NCBI GenBank assembly: GCA_965200155.1
Contig: CBDATR010000010.1
Coordinates: 320,001-384,000, forward strand
DNA: 64,000 nt
Direction: 5' to 3'
Source: Nitrosopumilaceae archaeon
GTDB lineage: Archaea; Thermoproteota; Nitrososphaeria; Nitrososphaerales; Nitrosopumilaceae
The notes beneath the pieces were generated by a model. That model was not told the origin of the DNA. It was given only the letters and a program-made list of their open reading frames with translations, and made no database searches. Position 1 is the first letter of the stretch. Each line of letters opens with the position of its first letter. Positions 10,712 to 21,237 of the stretch are shown one piece after another. The translations under genes and the position numbers were made by a program.

Positions 10712-10951
10712 CAAAATTAGGTCTTAACTTTTCTGTTTCACAAGAGTCTGTGTGGGAAAACCCATGACACTAGGTCAATTGTTCGTATCTAATAACTTGG
10801 TTTAGACGTGCAGGGTGGGAGAAGTGATTCTGCGCATACGGTCTAATGTATTAATTATTACCATAAACTGATAATGCATTTTTCTATCAGACATTGATAA
10901 GTAGACGATGTGGCAAGTAGCTCAAGATTATCGGAGAGTATGGCAGTGGAT

Positions 10952-11096
10952 CAACTTTTCATACATTACACATAGTACAGGAAATCACAATGAGGGTAGC
11001 CAAGTACAACAAGTGGGTGGACGCGGCGGCAACGTAGAAAATTAGATCACGACATGGGGAACCCGTATTCTGTCAAAGTCAGTTATGCAACAAACT
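10952..11096 (+). mobile_element. IS481-like terminal repeat abutting a 3'-end fragment of the IS903-like element
   Basis: ACTTTTCATACATTACA (to 10970), then 10972-11096 matching the reverse complement of 43-168 including the TIR AGTTATGCAACAAACT. Confidence 0.8.
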
Positions 11097-11138
11097 CAAA
11101 ATCGAAATATTTTTGAATTAGTATGCCGTGTGTATTGT

Positions 11139-11405
11139 GTGGAAGTTACGTATCTGAAGGCTATGACGGCGCATGATTTGAGTGATATGGAAATTATCAA
11201 GCGCGACATAAAACGTGGTCTTATACTGATTATTCGGGTGGGCCCTATGGCACTAAAGGATGTCCAAGAATTGCGCCATTTAATAAAAGAGCTTTATGAT
11301 GTTGCCAAAGCTGAAGGATCAGATATAGCACGTCTAGGAGAGGAGAGAATGGTGATCACACCCCCTCATGTGCAGATATGGCGCCCGCAGTACGATTTAA
11401 AATAA
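11139..11405 (+). CDS. sepF: Cell division protein SepF-like
   Basis: IKRDIKRGLILII...GSDIARLGEERMVITPPHVQI. GTG start chosen because the upstream ATG lies inside an IS TIR. Confidence 0.8.
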   Translation: MEVTYLKAMTAHDLSDMEIIKRDIKRGLILIIRVGPMALKDVQELRHLIKELYDVAKAEGSDIARLGEERMVITPPHVQIWRPQYDLK

Positions 11406-13322
11406 CTTTACAGCTTCCTGAACTTGTGGGTTGTGGGTAGGAATCTTGTACATTCTTCTTATGTTCAATACCAGACTCTCTGATTTTCGCCTTTCCCCAT
11501 GGTTTACCAGAACACGACGAAGCTTGGGGCGCATCTTTTGTATGAACGACATGAGTTGGTTGTAGTCGCTGTGCCCGCTGAATCCGTCCAGCTTCTCTAT
11601 GTTAGCGTTAACGGTCACTGCTCTTACCTTCCCGCCTTTTTCCAGCATGGAGACCTGCTTGGCTCCGTCCAAAACACGTCTGCCCATAGTACCATTCACT
11701 TGATAGGAAACAAAGAGTATGGTATTTTGTTCATGGGGTGCTATATTCTTGAAATACTCGAGTACCGGCCCTCCCTCTAGCATACCGGAAGTGGCCAGTA
11801 TTATTCCCGGCGAATCTTCCCTGATGGCCTCCCCGCGGGAGTCAGAGTGATCAATATTGGTAAAGTATTCTGAGTCAAACGGATTATCGTCCGTTTCCAG
11901 TATCTTTTGTCGTAACTCCTTGGCCAGGTATTCCGGATATGCTTCATGTATGGCCGATGCCTCGGAGATCATGCCCTCAGTAAAGACTGGCGCCTCCACC
12001 ATCTGGCCCGCTTTCATGTAGTGATCCACAACCATCATTATCTCCTGGGCTCTGCCTACGGCCGGTATGGGTATAAGCACCTTGCCACCATTGGCCAACG
12101 TACGGTTGACCACGTTTATGAATGCGGACTCTACCTCTTGGCGGGTGGGTTGTATATCCTCCTTTAGGCCATATGTACTTTCAATAAGAAGCGTCTCTGC
12201 CCTGGGGAATTTCCATTCAGCGGCCTCAAAGAGTATACTCTTTCCAAACTTTATGTCTCCTGAGTATACAAAGTTGTGATCTCCGTTTCCTATGTGAAGG
12301 TGACAAAGTGCAGAGCCCAGTATATGGCCCGCATTAGCTAGGACCAACTTTATGTCAGGAGATATGTCGGTGACCGAACTGTAGGGAAGTGTGATAGTCT
12401 GTTTCATTACCTGCCTGACATCCCTCTCCGAATAGAGCGGTATCTTGCCTTGGGCATTGGCAACCTTGATGGCATCAAGTTGTATGAGATTCATCATGGG
12501 TAGTGTGGGTTCACTACAGTATATTGGACCCCGGTATCCGTATTTGCAAAGCGCCGGGAGAAAACCTGTATGATCCAGATGTGCATGTCCGATAACCACT
12601 GCATCTATCTCGTCCAGTGTAATGTTGGCCCAGTCCAATCGCGGATATGCCTCGTTGGCTGTGCGCGCTCCCGGATTCACGCCACAATCTAGGAGTATCT
12701 TGGACTCTGGCGTGATTAGCAGCATACAGGAGCGTCCAACCTGCCCAAAGCCTCCCAAAGTCAGCAATGACACCTCAGCCTGTTGTGTCATCCGGGGCCG
12801 GAATATCTCCTCGCCTATCTGCTTAAATTGCTTGATTCTTTCGGTGGTGGACATCTTTAGGTTGTAGTTTATGGATTGTATCGTGCTTGAGCTGGTGGTT
12901 GTGGCCTTGCGTATCCTAATACGCCATCCCAACTCCTCGGTTATCTCATTATGATTAAACTTCGGGCCGCGCAAGAGCCATGGACGCTTTACCTCTATGT
13001 TTATCTCGCCGATGGCTCCGTCAAAGAAGGTGCCCTGCAAATCTGCCTCTTTAGGTATGTGTGACGTCAGTATTGCTTTGGCTTCTGTTTCAGATTTTCG
13101 TATGGATTGGTCTGTCCTTATCACAATGCGCTTCTTGATGGCGCTCACCAAGTTGGAGAGTATTTGACTACGATCCAGCAGAAACTTGGGCGATGTAGTG
13201 TATATTGCTATGCGCGGGCCTTCATACTCTATCTTTGTTACCTTTGCGCCCTTGGGTATCTTCTGTAATATTATGGCTATTATATTTTGGATTGGCAGAT
13301 TGCTCTCTGTTTTTTTGTGCAT
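11397..13322 (-). CDS. Beta-CASP ribonuclease aCPSF1 / transcription termination factor FttA
   Basis: N-terminal KH domains, LGGFGQVGRS, HAHLDH, AGHILGSA and FSGHSD. Confidence 0.96.
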   Translation of the reverse strand: MHKKTESNLPIQNIIAIILQKIPKGAKVTKIEYEGPRIAIYTTSPKFLLDRSQILSNLVSAIKKRIVIRTDQSIRKSETEAKAILTSHIPKEADLQGTFFDGAIGEINIEVKRPWLLRGPKFNHNEITEELGWRIRIRKATTTSSSTIQSINYNLKMSTTERIKQFKQIGEEIFRPRMTQQAEVSLLTLGGFGQVGRSCMLLITPESKILLDCGVNPGARTANEAYPRLDWANITLDEIDAVVIGHAHLDHTGFLPALCKYGYRGPIYCSEPTLPMMNLIQLDAIKVANAQGKIPLYSERDVRQVMKQTITLPYSSVTDISPDIKLVLANAGHILGSALCHLHIGNGDHNFVYSGDIKFGKSILFEAAEWKFPRAETLLIESTYGLKEDIQPTRQEVESAFINVVNRTLANGGKVLIPIPAVGRAQEIMMVVDHYMKAGQMVEAPVFTEGMISEASAIHEAYPEYLAKELRQKILETDDNPFDSEYFTNIDHSDSRGEAIREDSPGIILATSGMLEGGPVLEYFKNIAPHEQNTILFVSYQVNGTMGRRVLDGAKQVSMLEKGGKVRAVTVNANIEKLDGFSGHSDYNQLMSFIQKMRPKLRRVLVNHGERRKSESLVLNIRRMYKIPTHNPQVQEAVKLF

Positions 13323-13329
13323 TATATCA

Positions 13330-13959
13330 CTAGAGTCGAATCTCTGCCTTTTTCTGTTCGTTTTCTAGCAACCGGAATCCGTCGTTGTCCATCACTGCCA
13401 AGTTTATACCATCGCCGGTACCTATATTTCTAATAATGGCGGCCCGAACAGCTTCAAGAGCTAGCGATTTGGCATCGTCCAGTTTTAAGTTGCTCTGGTA
13501 TCCGTCCTCTAATACACCATATGCTACAGGAGAGCCGCTCCCTGTGGTGACATATGGTTTTGCTTCAACCGAACCAAACATATCCACATTGAATAGGGCT
13601 GGTCCATTCGCATCATATCCTCCCAGCAATATGTCGGCCATAAATGGATAGCCACGATTCTGGTGGAACATGATGGATGTGAGCCTTGCCAATGAATTAA
13701 TCGGAATTGCAGTGTTTGCATGCAAGCGATGCAGGTTGGCATGGTATCTTAGCGCACTCACTATATTTTGTGCATCAGCTACGCCACCTGCCAGTGTAAG
13801 TCCGGCGTGGTGATCTATCTTTTGTATCTTCATGGTGTTATTGTTGGCTATAAAGTAGCCAGCACTGGCTCTCATGTCGGCGCACAACACCACACCATGA
13901 TCCGTTTTTATCCCTACGGTCGTAGTCCCATGTAAAATTTTATCCTGTATAGCGGTCAA
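13330..13959 (-). CDS. psmB: Proteasome subunit beta
   Basis: HG/TTTVG autocleavage site, TGSGSP, GTGDG. TTG start at 13959 inferred. Confidence 0.95.
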   Translation of the reverse strand: MTAIQDKILHGTTTVGIKTDHGVVLCADMRASAGYFIANNNTMKIQKIDHHAGLTLAGGVADAQNIVSALRYHANLHRLHANTAIPINSLARLTSIMFHQNRGYPFMADILLGGYDANGPALFNVDMFGSVEAKPYVTTGSGSPVAYGVLEDGYQSNLKLDDAKSLALEAVRAAIIRNIGTGDGINLAVMDNDGFRLLENEQKKAEIRL

Positions 13960-14025
13960 AATCACACCTTTTGTAGTTAGTATACAATAATACCCTTTTA
14001 AATAACTTGTCAAAGTCCGGGTTCT

Positions 14026-15066
14026 ATGTCCGGTTCTCATGTCATGGAGCTTCCCCGGCGGATAGTGATAGGTGAGGGAAACATGTGTGATCTGGGAAAG
14101 TTTGCTGTATCCCTGATTGGTGCACGGGAGGTGGCACTGATATGCGGCCCGCATGTAAGAGAGGATATAGGATCCACGGTACAGGATTCGCTGACTCGGG
14201 TGGATCTCTCGTATAGGTGGTGTATGCCCCGAGATAATACATTTGATACAGTTAATCTGGTACAGGAAGAGATACGGGGATCTGGCGCAGTACTGGGTAT
14301 CGGTGGGGGTAGATCCGTGGACATGGCAAAGATGACCGCAAACAGACTGGGGTTGCCCTACATCAGCGTGCCTACCGCAGCCTCACACGATGGTATGGCT
14401 AGCCCCTTTGCCTCAATACGTGGGGATAAGCCACATTCAATGCTAGTTTCGGCCCCCTTGGGCGTGTTTGTGGACATATCTGTTATCAAAAAGGCTCCCC
14501 CTAGACTCTTGGCTAGCGGATGCGGGGATCTGATTGCTAATATAATCGCCGTGCGGGATTGGACTCTGGGACATCAGAGGACAGGGGAATATTATGGCAG
14601 GTACTCTGCCGACTTGGCAATACTCAGCGCCAATATAATAATGGAAAACTCGGGTATCTTCGCGCAGAATGGCCTTGATGCGCGTATGATAGTGGAGGCC
14701 CTGATAAGTGCAGGTGTGGCCTCGTGTATTGCAGGAAGTAGCAGGCCATGTTCCGGATCTGAACATCTATTCTCTCATGCATTGGACCAGATAGCTCCTG
14801 GTATAGGACTGCATGGTGAGAAATGTGGCATTGGGTCTATCCTTATGGCAAAACTTCACAAGCTGGACTGGGTGGGTATATCCCAGGCGCTGAGAGATGT
14901 AGGTGCCCCTATCAGGGCTGCACAAATTGGACTAAGTGATGAGCAAGTGATCAAGGCGCTCACGGTGGCACAGCAGATGAGGCCAGAGAGATACACAATT
15001 TTACAAGAGGTAAAACTGGATGTACAAGGCGCCAGACGGTTGGGCGAGGAGACTGGCGTTTTGTGA
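14026..15066 (+). CDS. egsA: sn-glycerol-1-phosphate dehydrogenase
   Basis: GIGGGRSVD, PTAASHDG, SRPCSGSEHLFSHALD and LHGEKCG. Confidence 0.96.
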   Translation: MSGSHVMELPRRIVIGEGNMCDLGKFAVSLIGAREVALICGPHVREDIGSTVQDSLTRVDLSYRWCMPRDNTFDTVNLVQEEIRGSGAVLGIGGGRSVDMAKMTANRLGLPYISVPTAASHDGMASPFASIRGDKPHSMLVSAPLGVFVDISVIKKAPPRLLASGCGDLIANIIAVRDWTLGHQRTGEYYGRYSADLAILSANIIMENSGIFAQNGLDARMIVEALISAGVASCIAGSSRPCSGSEHLFSHALDQIAPGIGLHGEKCGIGSILMAKLHKLDWVGISQALRDVGAPIRAAQIGLSDEQVIKALTVAQQMRPERYTILQEVKLDVQGARRLGEETGVL

Positions 15067-15338
15067 CTTTGCTAATTCACGCGTGATATCTTTCCGGCTG
15101 TGAGATGCATATTGTTATCTACGCGCCTGCAAGCGAACCATTCTGTCACTATTATTCACGTGTTCATATTCGGCAGCTGTGCATTCACTACCATTTCCAG
15201 CTTCCGGTAATGGCAAGACTTGCACATTTGAGGTGAGAACCATTTTTTGTATAACGGCGCGAGCTTATGCCTTGACACAAGTCATACTCATCGTGCGTGA
15301 ATTTATGCGCCAGCGAATTCATACACGGAACCTGTATC

Positions 15339-16031
15339 TTACGTGATGAACATTTTGGAGTCCAGGACTTCATGTGACATTTGAACTATCTCTGCTTGGG
15401 GACAAAACTGCCACATAATGTCCGTACTGCAGCTACGCTGAGCCGCCCTATACATTATCGGTTTGAGATTATGTATCACTACTTGGGCCTCGTAGTGGTC
15501 AATTATACCCAACCGCAGGGCCGCCCCCACATTTCCTGCCACAAAATTGTATAGCAGCATCTGCGGTACCACCTCTCTTGCTATACCCAGTGATTGGCAG
15601 CATATGCCAAAGGATACAGGGTGCGCTCCTGATGCTCTCTTCTTCTTTATCGCTTCTAGATACTTGCCTAGCATGACTGTTTTCTCCTGAAACTTTGCTA
15701 CGCAACGACAGAGTTGGGTCCCGGAACGGCTGGAGGCATCCCGTGATTCCCGAACCGGTCTCTGGGACTGAAACATTTCGTCCAAGCGTACTATTCCGTC
15801 TACGTCATCCTGCTTTGCCATATCATACGCAAAAATGGCCGCCACACAATCTGTGGGTCCCACTTGTTGCTCTACATACATGGCATTCAGGCACTCTATG
15901 TCTGCCGCGGTTCTGATGTGACCTGATGCATACATGGACTCTATACCATTGGATATGGCAAAAGCCCCTGTGGGAAACATAGAGTCACATAATTGGAACA
16001 TACTCAGAAAAGAGTCATGGCCTTCTGGCAT
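15339..16031 (-). CDS. ureF: Urease accessory protein UreF
   Basis: QLCDSMFPTGAFAISNGIE, ESRDASSRSGTQL, AALRLG and C-terminal H..LDSKMFIT. Confidence 0.92.
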   Translation of the reverse strand: MPEGHDSFLSMFQLCDSMFPTGAFAISNGIESMYASGHIRTAADIECLNAMYVEQQVGPTDCVAAIFAYDMAKQDDVDGIVRLDEMFQSQRPVRESRDASSRSGTQLCRCVAKFQEKTVMLGKYLEAIKKKRASGAHPVSFGICCQSLGIAREVVPQMLLYNFVAGNVGAALRLGIIDHYEAQVVIHNLKPIMYRAAQRSCSTDIMWQFCPQAEIVQMSHEVLDSKMFIT

Positions 16032-16174
16032 ACTCGCGTTTGTTACATAATGAAGTACAAAAATATTCTAGATGAAAATTCAGTCTCCCTCTTCCCGTCG
16101 GGTGACGCCTAATCTAACCCTGTGATATTTTGTAACAATTTACAAGATTGGTGGTTAGACATGAGTATGCCTAT

Positions 16175-17301
16175 TGTAATGTATGAAAAGTCGGTCCGCT
16201 AGTCATTGGCATTGCACTCCATCCATTTTGCATCATTTGCCCTAATTGTCTGGGTCGCCTTTTTATTCCTGAAGCGGCGTTTCGCCGTTATCTATATCTA
16301 GTGAGAAGTGCAATCTTCTCTCATTGTAGTAGTCTACATAATCCCGGAGACTGTCATAATGCCATATCTCATCTCAATAGTACGAAAAGTAAGTCCGCTT
16401 AGGATCCGGCGTACAGTAGTTCAGATTGCACAAGCCAGATGGTAAAGAGAATAACAGAGGAATCAAGACAAAAGAGGCGTTGCCGCCACCAACATCTCAA
16501 GACCTGAAACAAGACACGTACGAAGATTGTGAACCAGAGAACGGGAACGACTCGAGTAAAGATGGGCAGGCCTATGATACCAATCACCGCCACCCAGATA
16601 CGAATGGTAACTGAAGCATACAGCAAGGATCCCGCCGGAGTAGTACGTATTGCAAAGAGGCTTAGACAGAATTACAATATATTGCGCAGTATATCGCATA
16701 ATGAAAAAGAACGGTACGGCAGGATCATCACCTGCAAAGTCAGAGTGGGTACGCTACGAGCGTAAATATTCCAATGCAATGTGGCATTGGCATGTCATGA
16801 AAGATGAGCGCTTCAGGGGACTGAATCTCATAGATGATGCATCTAGGTGTATAGTCGGAGCGGCACTATTTGAGCATGCAACCTCAGAGAACGCCGTTCT
16901 ATTACTGAGACTGGCGATAAAGAGATTCGGCGCCCCTGCATCTAGGATAACGGCGCGTGTTTCGTAGGACAATAAAGAGGCAAAAAGAACTGGAAACCCA
17001 CTATTCTAGGAAGAACTGCTGGATCAATACATCATACTAATCAGTTCCAGACCATACCACCCGCAGACAAATGGCAAACTGGAGCGCATCCATAGAACGA
17101 TTGAGGACGATATATGGCATTATGACAGTCTCCGGGATTATGTTGACTACTACAATGAGAGAAGATTGCACTTCTCACTGGATAGATAACGGCGAAACAC
17201 CACTCCAGGAATAAAAGGCGATCCAGACAATTAGGGTAAATGATGCAAAATGGATGGAGCGGGATGCCAATGACTAGCGGACCGACTTTTCATACATTAC
17301 A
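16175..17301 (+). mobile_element. IS481-like element (16374-17301) preceded by an inverted copy of its own right end (16175-16378)
   Basis: TGTAATGTATGAAAAGTCGG at 16175 and its complement ending at 17301. PQTNGKLERIHRTI at ~17060. Frameshifted ORFs. Confidence 0.87.
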
Positions 17302-17346
17302 ATGTGATGACAATACTAATATTACTATCGACCATACTTTATCAAA

Positions 17347-18896
17347 ATGTTACAATCTACGAACAATAACAATATCGTACTTAAAGCTTTAATCGGGGGG
17401 GGGGGGGTCTCCTCCTTACACTTTCACTAGTATTAGTACCGGCCACTGATCTTGCGTTTGCTCAAACAGAAAAGGAGCATATTACCTACATGACTGTATC
17501 TGACACCACCTACACTGGTGCCACCGTTACATGGTATCAGTACAAGGTCGAGGACTATATAAGAGTCCAACCAGGGGATGATGATTATGTTAACAAATAT
17601 GTCGTGGTGTTAAGTTATGGAAATGGAACTAAAGTTCCTGATAAGACAACAACAGTTCAAGGAACCACAACACATGATATTACCGGACTGACTCCTGGCA
17701 CCGACTATGAGGTATTTGTCAGAACCACTGGAAACAACAATGTCAAGTCCAACACTAAATCCTTTAGCACAACTGATATAGATCCACCTATAATCTCAGA
17801 AAGAACGTCAAATTCTATAACTATCGAAGTACCTAGAGCTCAGCCAACAAATGGTAAATACTCACCTCTTTGTGTAGTAGCTGATGTCTTTGAATCTTCC
17901 CCACGGAAGTATATACGGACCGAATCTCTGACTGTTAATGATAAAATGACAATCACAGACCTCTTACCTAATACTGATTACACCATCAGTGTGATCAACG
18001 AATGCGATGGTCTAAGACCTTTAGAAACCTTCAATGTCGATACCTCCATCCTCAGATTCACTAATACTATACCAGACATTACCATGGACGAGGGTACAGT
18101 ACGTTCCATAAAGCTAAATGCAGCTGATTATAATGATAGAGACATTACATATAGTGTAAAGGTCCTGAACGACAAGACATTACCTGGGCATGCAGGAATA
18201 TTCGATGATACCCACCTCCACTTGGAGCCTGATAGAACAGCAGCAGGGGAATACACTCTACGTGTCACAGCAACTGCTGGTAGCGACACTAAACGTGATG
18301 AATTTGTACTTACCGTAAGTGATCCTGGTATTAATCCACCCCAAATCAAAACTCAAAATAGCACCTCTGTAACTATAGAGGTCGCCTCAGAGGACTATAA
18401 TACAAAAGACCCAACCTGTACAACCGCCGCTATCTTCAAAACCTCCTCCGGACCTTCAGGTGCTGATTTAGAGGATTTCGAATCAAACCCCTTAACAATT
18501 ACGGGCCTCTCACCTGATACTGCGTACACCATACGTGTGTTTAAATCCTGTGAACCCGATGTTGGAAGGCTGGGAATCCTACAGTTCACTACATCATCTA
18601 GTGGCAGTGAAGATCAGACATCACCTGACGATCAGACATCTTTAACACTAAGTAGAGACATAAGTGGCAATGATGTTACTCTAAGCTGGAACGACTTGGC
18701 AGATACTATCTATATCGTGGCGGTATTTGATGGGGAAAGAAACCGAGTCATTGAAGGCGGAGCGGCACGCGTATCAACTAACTCCTATACCCTCAATGAC
18801 CTAGATGCTGACACATATACTGCATTTGTGAGAACCCCTGGACCCTCAGGAACTCATACCATGTCCAACACTGTAACCTTTACCATCACTAGTTAA
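17347..18896 (+). CDS. Secreted/surface fibronectin type III domain protein, signal peptide out of frame at a G13 tract
   Basis: Several FN3 motifs (ITGLTPGTDYEVFV, ITDLLPNTDYTISV, ITGLSPDTAYTIRV). Upstream in-frame GLLLTLSLVLVPATDLAFAQ. ATG 17347 joins only if the G tract is 11 or 14. Confidence 0.85.
17395..17407 (+). repeat. Poly-G homopolymer (G13) in the signal-peptide coding region
   Basis: 13 consecutive G counted directly. Confidence 0.9.
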
Positions 18897-18957
18897 TTTT
18901 TTTCTCAGTTTAAGTTGGCTCACGCGTTCAGATGCCAACCTGGCTTGTATGAGAGTG

Positions 18958-19033
18958 CGGCAGAGCCACGGTACTGTTCTAGCCGCCCAACCACGGGACG
19001 GCATAGCCACGGTACTGTTCTAGCCGTCCAGCC
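18958..19033. repeat. Imperfect tandem duplication (period 41 bp)
   Basis: CGGCA(G/T)AGCCACGGTACTGTTCTAGCCG(C/T)CCA twice. Confidence 0.8.
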
Positions 19034-19146
19034 GTCAAAAGACAGTAAGGCTGGCGTATATCCTGTCCCGACAGAGTACACATAACGGAGTTAATGCCAG
19101 CTAGAATGTGCGGCAGTAGTGAGCGGGAATGATTCCAGTTGGGTGC

Positions 19147-19255
19147 GGTAAATAAAGGGGCGATCATTCCCGCCCAATTAGGATAGATTACTTTGAGCCC
19201 TTTGCAAGCCTCCTGAAAGGTAAACAAAGGGGCGACCATTCCCGCCCAATGAGGA
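19147..19255. repeat. 37-bp direct repeat flanking a 35-bp unique insert
   Basis: GGTAAA(T/C)AAAGGGGCGA(T/C)CATTCCCGCCCAAT(T/G)AGGA at 19147-19183 and 19219-19255. Confidence 0.9.
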
Positions 19256-19289
19256 GTGCCCACCACAACAGATTGCATACCGCCCAGAT

Positions 19290-19381
19290 GTATGAGTTCA
19301 CCTGTGTCTAAATTTACGCATAACTGATCGCGACAGTTAATGTGATTTGTGCATAAGATTCCGGAAGACGTGAACTCATAC
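19290..19381 (+). mobile_element. Family-A MITE
   Basis: 92-bp consensus, no TSD. Confidence 0.93.
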
Positions 19382-19497
19382 TCAGTTCGCGCTATTTTCA
19401 TCCTGTCGCATCAGTGCTAGGATAACCATTCTCATCTATACGCAGTTAGGGGGAATGAAGTACGGGCCAAGATCATGAAAAACCTCAAGCAGCTTGG

Positions 19498-21237
19498 TTA
19501 TTCTGAGTCAGTACCTGTCTCGCTAACACTGTCTGGTATGAGATCTCCTGTTCCATGCTTGTCCACCACTTTCTGACGTTGTCCATCCAACTGGTTTATC
19601 TCCGCTTGTTCTTTTTTGTCGTCGCTGTTGTAAATGGTCCTGATAGGCCAGGGTATGCGTATATCATATTTTTGGAACTCCTCGTATATCATAACCCTAA
19701 TGTTGGTTTCTACCACAAACTGGGATCCATAGTCCCGTACGTAGACCCATAAAGAAAAATTCAGCGATGAGTCGGCAAAGTCTTGGAAGCGCACAACCGG
19801 TTGGGCCACATCTACATGCAGGTCCTTGTCACATCCACAGCTAGCCTTGTTCTCGTCCAAATACGGACAACGCGGCTGCCGTATGAGGTGCCTCTGGCTA
19901 GAATCCACAATCTCTTTCATGGCACGCTTCCCCACCATTTGTAAGATGGATGCAACTTGGCGTGGATTGTTAAGATATGATACTCCCACTTTTACTTCTG
20001 CCGGTACAAGCCTGTTCTCCTTGGTGTAGTTTATGATCTGGGCATTTACTAATTGCAGGGTGGGTATTACAGCCACAGACTCGTATAATGCATCCATTAC
20101 GTATGTTACCCGGGGGGTTATTTTGTACACATTTCCAATATATCCGCTCTCCAGACGAACCCGATCCCCCTCTATAAACACCCTATCTTTGCGTATCACG
20201 ATATATGCAAAGTAATTCTGCATAGTATCCTGTAGCGCCAAACCCAAACCGATGGAAAATCCTCCCGTGGCCGTGGCCAGAACAAACAAGTCTATGCCCC
20301 ACCATGCGGCCACCCCCAGTACGGTGGCGATAAAAATGCCTATTGGGAGTATCTGTCTTACCGATAGTGGTGTCTCCTTGCGTTTTTTTAGGGCATATCC
20401 TGGCGGCCTGTTGCCTGGCATTACCGGTTCATACCCGTGTGTTCTCTTCTCATTCCTCCATATGTCTATGGGAAATATTTCTGCCGGACGCGCATCAGGT
20501 CTTAATTTAAGCCCGGACTGGTTGTTTCCGGAAACACAATCCTTGTAATATTTTGCATATTTCTTGCGCTCTGACTCCTTCCATGTCTCATATGGATCTT
20601 CAACTAGGGCCTCATAACCGCCTATGGGATTTCCCTTAGACGTACGGTATCTCTCCAGACGCTCTCTTCCCTCTTTGGTCTCTAACAGGTCCTGAAACAT
20701 TTTTTCTCCCATATCTACAGGCGCCTTATGGGGAGGGACCCATCGATATAATTTATGAAATAGATCACCCTCGTCATCCACAAATCCTCTCAGCCCAAAC
20801 CAGGCGTTAAAATCACTTTCTTCTAATTCTGATTTCTCCCGTTTGTTCATTATTATGGGAATGAGATGAGCTACGGTATAACCAACCACTAACACATTAA
20901 ACGTGTCCAGTATCTTGGCGAACGTATCCTTTATGGAGAGACCGTGTACCCCCTCTGGAAATGTGTATATCTGTATATATAGATTTATAGAAGTAATCAA
21001 AGCAATTGCGAATAGCGGCAGGGCAGCCCGTCGCAAGAAGCGAGAGACGTGGGGCCTTCTGTAATACAACTCCCTGGAAGTTATCCAGAACGAGAATCTT
21101 CTATACGCCACGGTGATGCCTATCATACCTACAATCAAAATTACAAAGGCGATCTGTATTGATGTGGATGATACTATGAGGTCCCAAACATTTTCAAACT
21201 CAGTGACAGATAACTGGGCAATCTCTTCCTCAACCAT
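19498..21237 (-). CDS. MscS-family mechanosensitive channel with large cytoplasmic insertion
   Basis: IGLGLALQDTMQNYFA, FIEGDRVRL..GYIGNV, F.DFADSSLNF and IRIPWP. Confidence 0.9.
   Translation of the reverse strand: MVEEEIAQLSVTEFENVWDLIVSSTSIQIAFVILIVGMIGITVAYRRFSFWITSRELYYRRPHVSRFLRRAALPLFAIALITSINLYIQIYTFPEGVHGLSIKDTFAKILDTFNVLVVGYTVAHLIPIIMNKREKSELEESDFNAWFGLRGFVDDEGDLFHKLYRWVPPHKAPVDMGEKMFQDLLETKEGRERLERYRTSKGNPIGGYEALVEDPYETWKESERKKYAKYYKDCVSGNNQSGLKLRPDARPAEIFPIDIWRNEKRTHGYEPVMPGNRPPGYALKKRKETPLSVRQILPIGIFIATVLGVAAWWGIDLFVLATATGGFSIGLGLALQDTMQNYFAYIVIRKDRVFIEGDRVRLESGYIGNVYKITPRVTYVMDALYESVAVIPTLQLVNAQIINYTKENRLVPAEVKVGVSYLNNPRQVASILQMVGKRAMKEIVDSSQRHLIRQPRCPYLDENKASCGCDKDLHVDVAQPVVRFQDFADSSLNFSLWVYVRDYGSQFVVETNIRVMIYEEFQKYDIRIPWPIRTIYNSDDKKEQAEINQLDGQRQKVVDKHGTGDLIPDSVSETGTDSE

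Larger units (their letters stand above)
8729..10844 (-). mobile_element. IS5-family (ISL2/Harbinger-like, DDE_Tnp_4) element with multiple nested insertions
   Basis: TIR AGACC(T/G)TATGCGCA at 8729 and 10844, 3-bp flanking duplication AAT. Transposase remnant inside. Confidence 0.7.

Noticed and set aside
11085-11138. ORF-track N-terminal extension of sepF
   Set aside because: The ATG lies within the IS903-like TIR; similarity begins near GTG 11139.
13948-13958. TATAGCGGTCA match to the family-C TIR
   Set aside because: It is only 11 bp, lies in the psmB start codons and has no partner end.
13960-14154. N-terminal extension of psmB
   Set aside because: It overlaps divergent egsA and the shared promoter region; a short propeptide from 13959 is more plausible.
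15073-15185. Possible fourth degenerate repeat-spacer-repeat (ATTCACG...GCTGTG twice)
   Set aside because: Similarity is too low and the spacing (~79 bp) too loose to support by eye.
18979-19401. ORFs sharing the peptide YEFTSSGILCTNHINCRDQLCVNLDTGELI (also 30073-30270, 30890-31111, the end of 31226-31981 and the middle of 48797-49795)
   Set aside because: This is the stop-free frame of the family-A MITE, not a protein domain. Insertion adds 100 bp, so it does not preserve frame.
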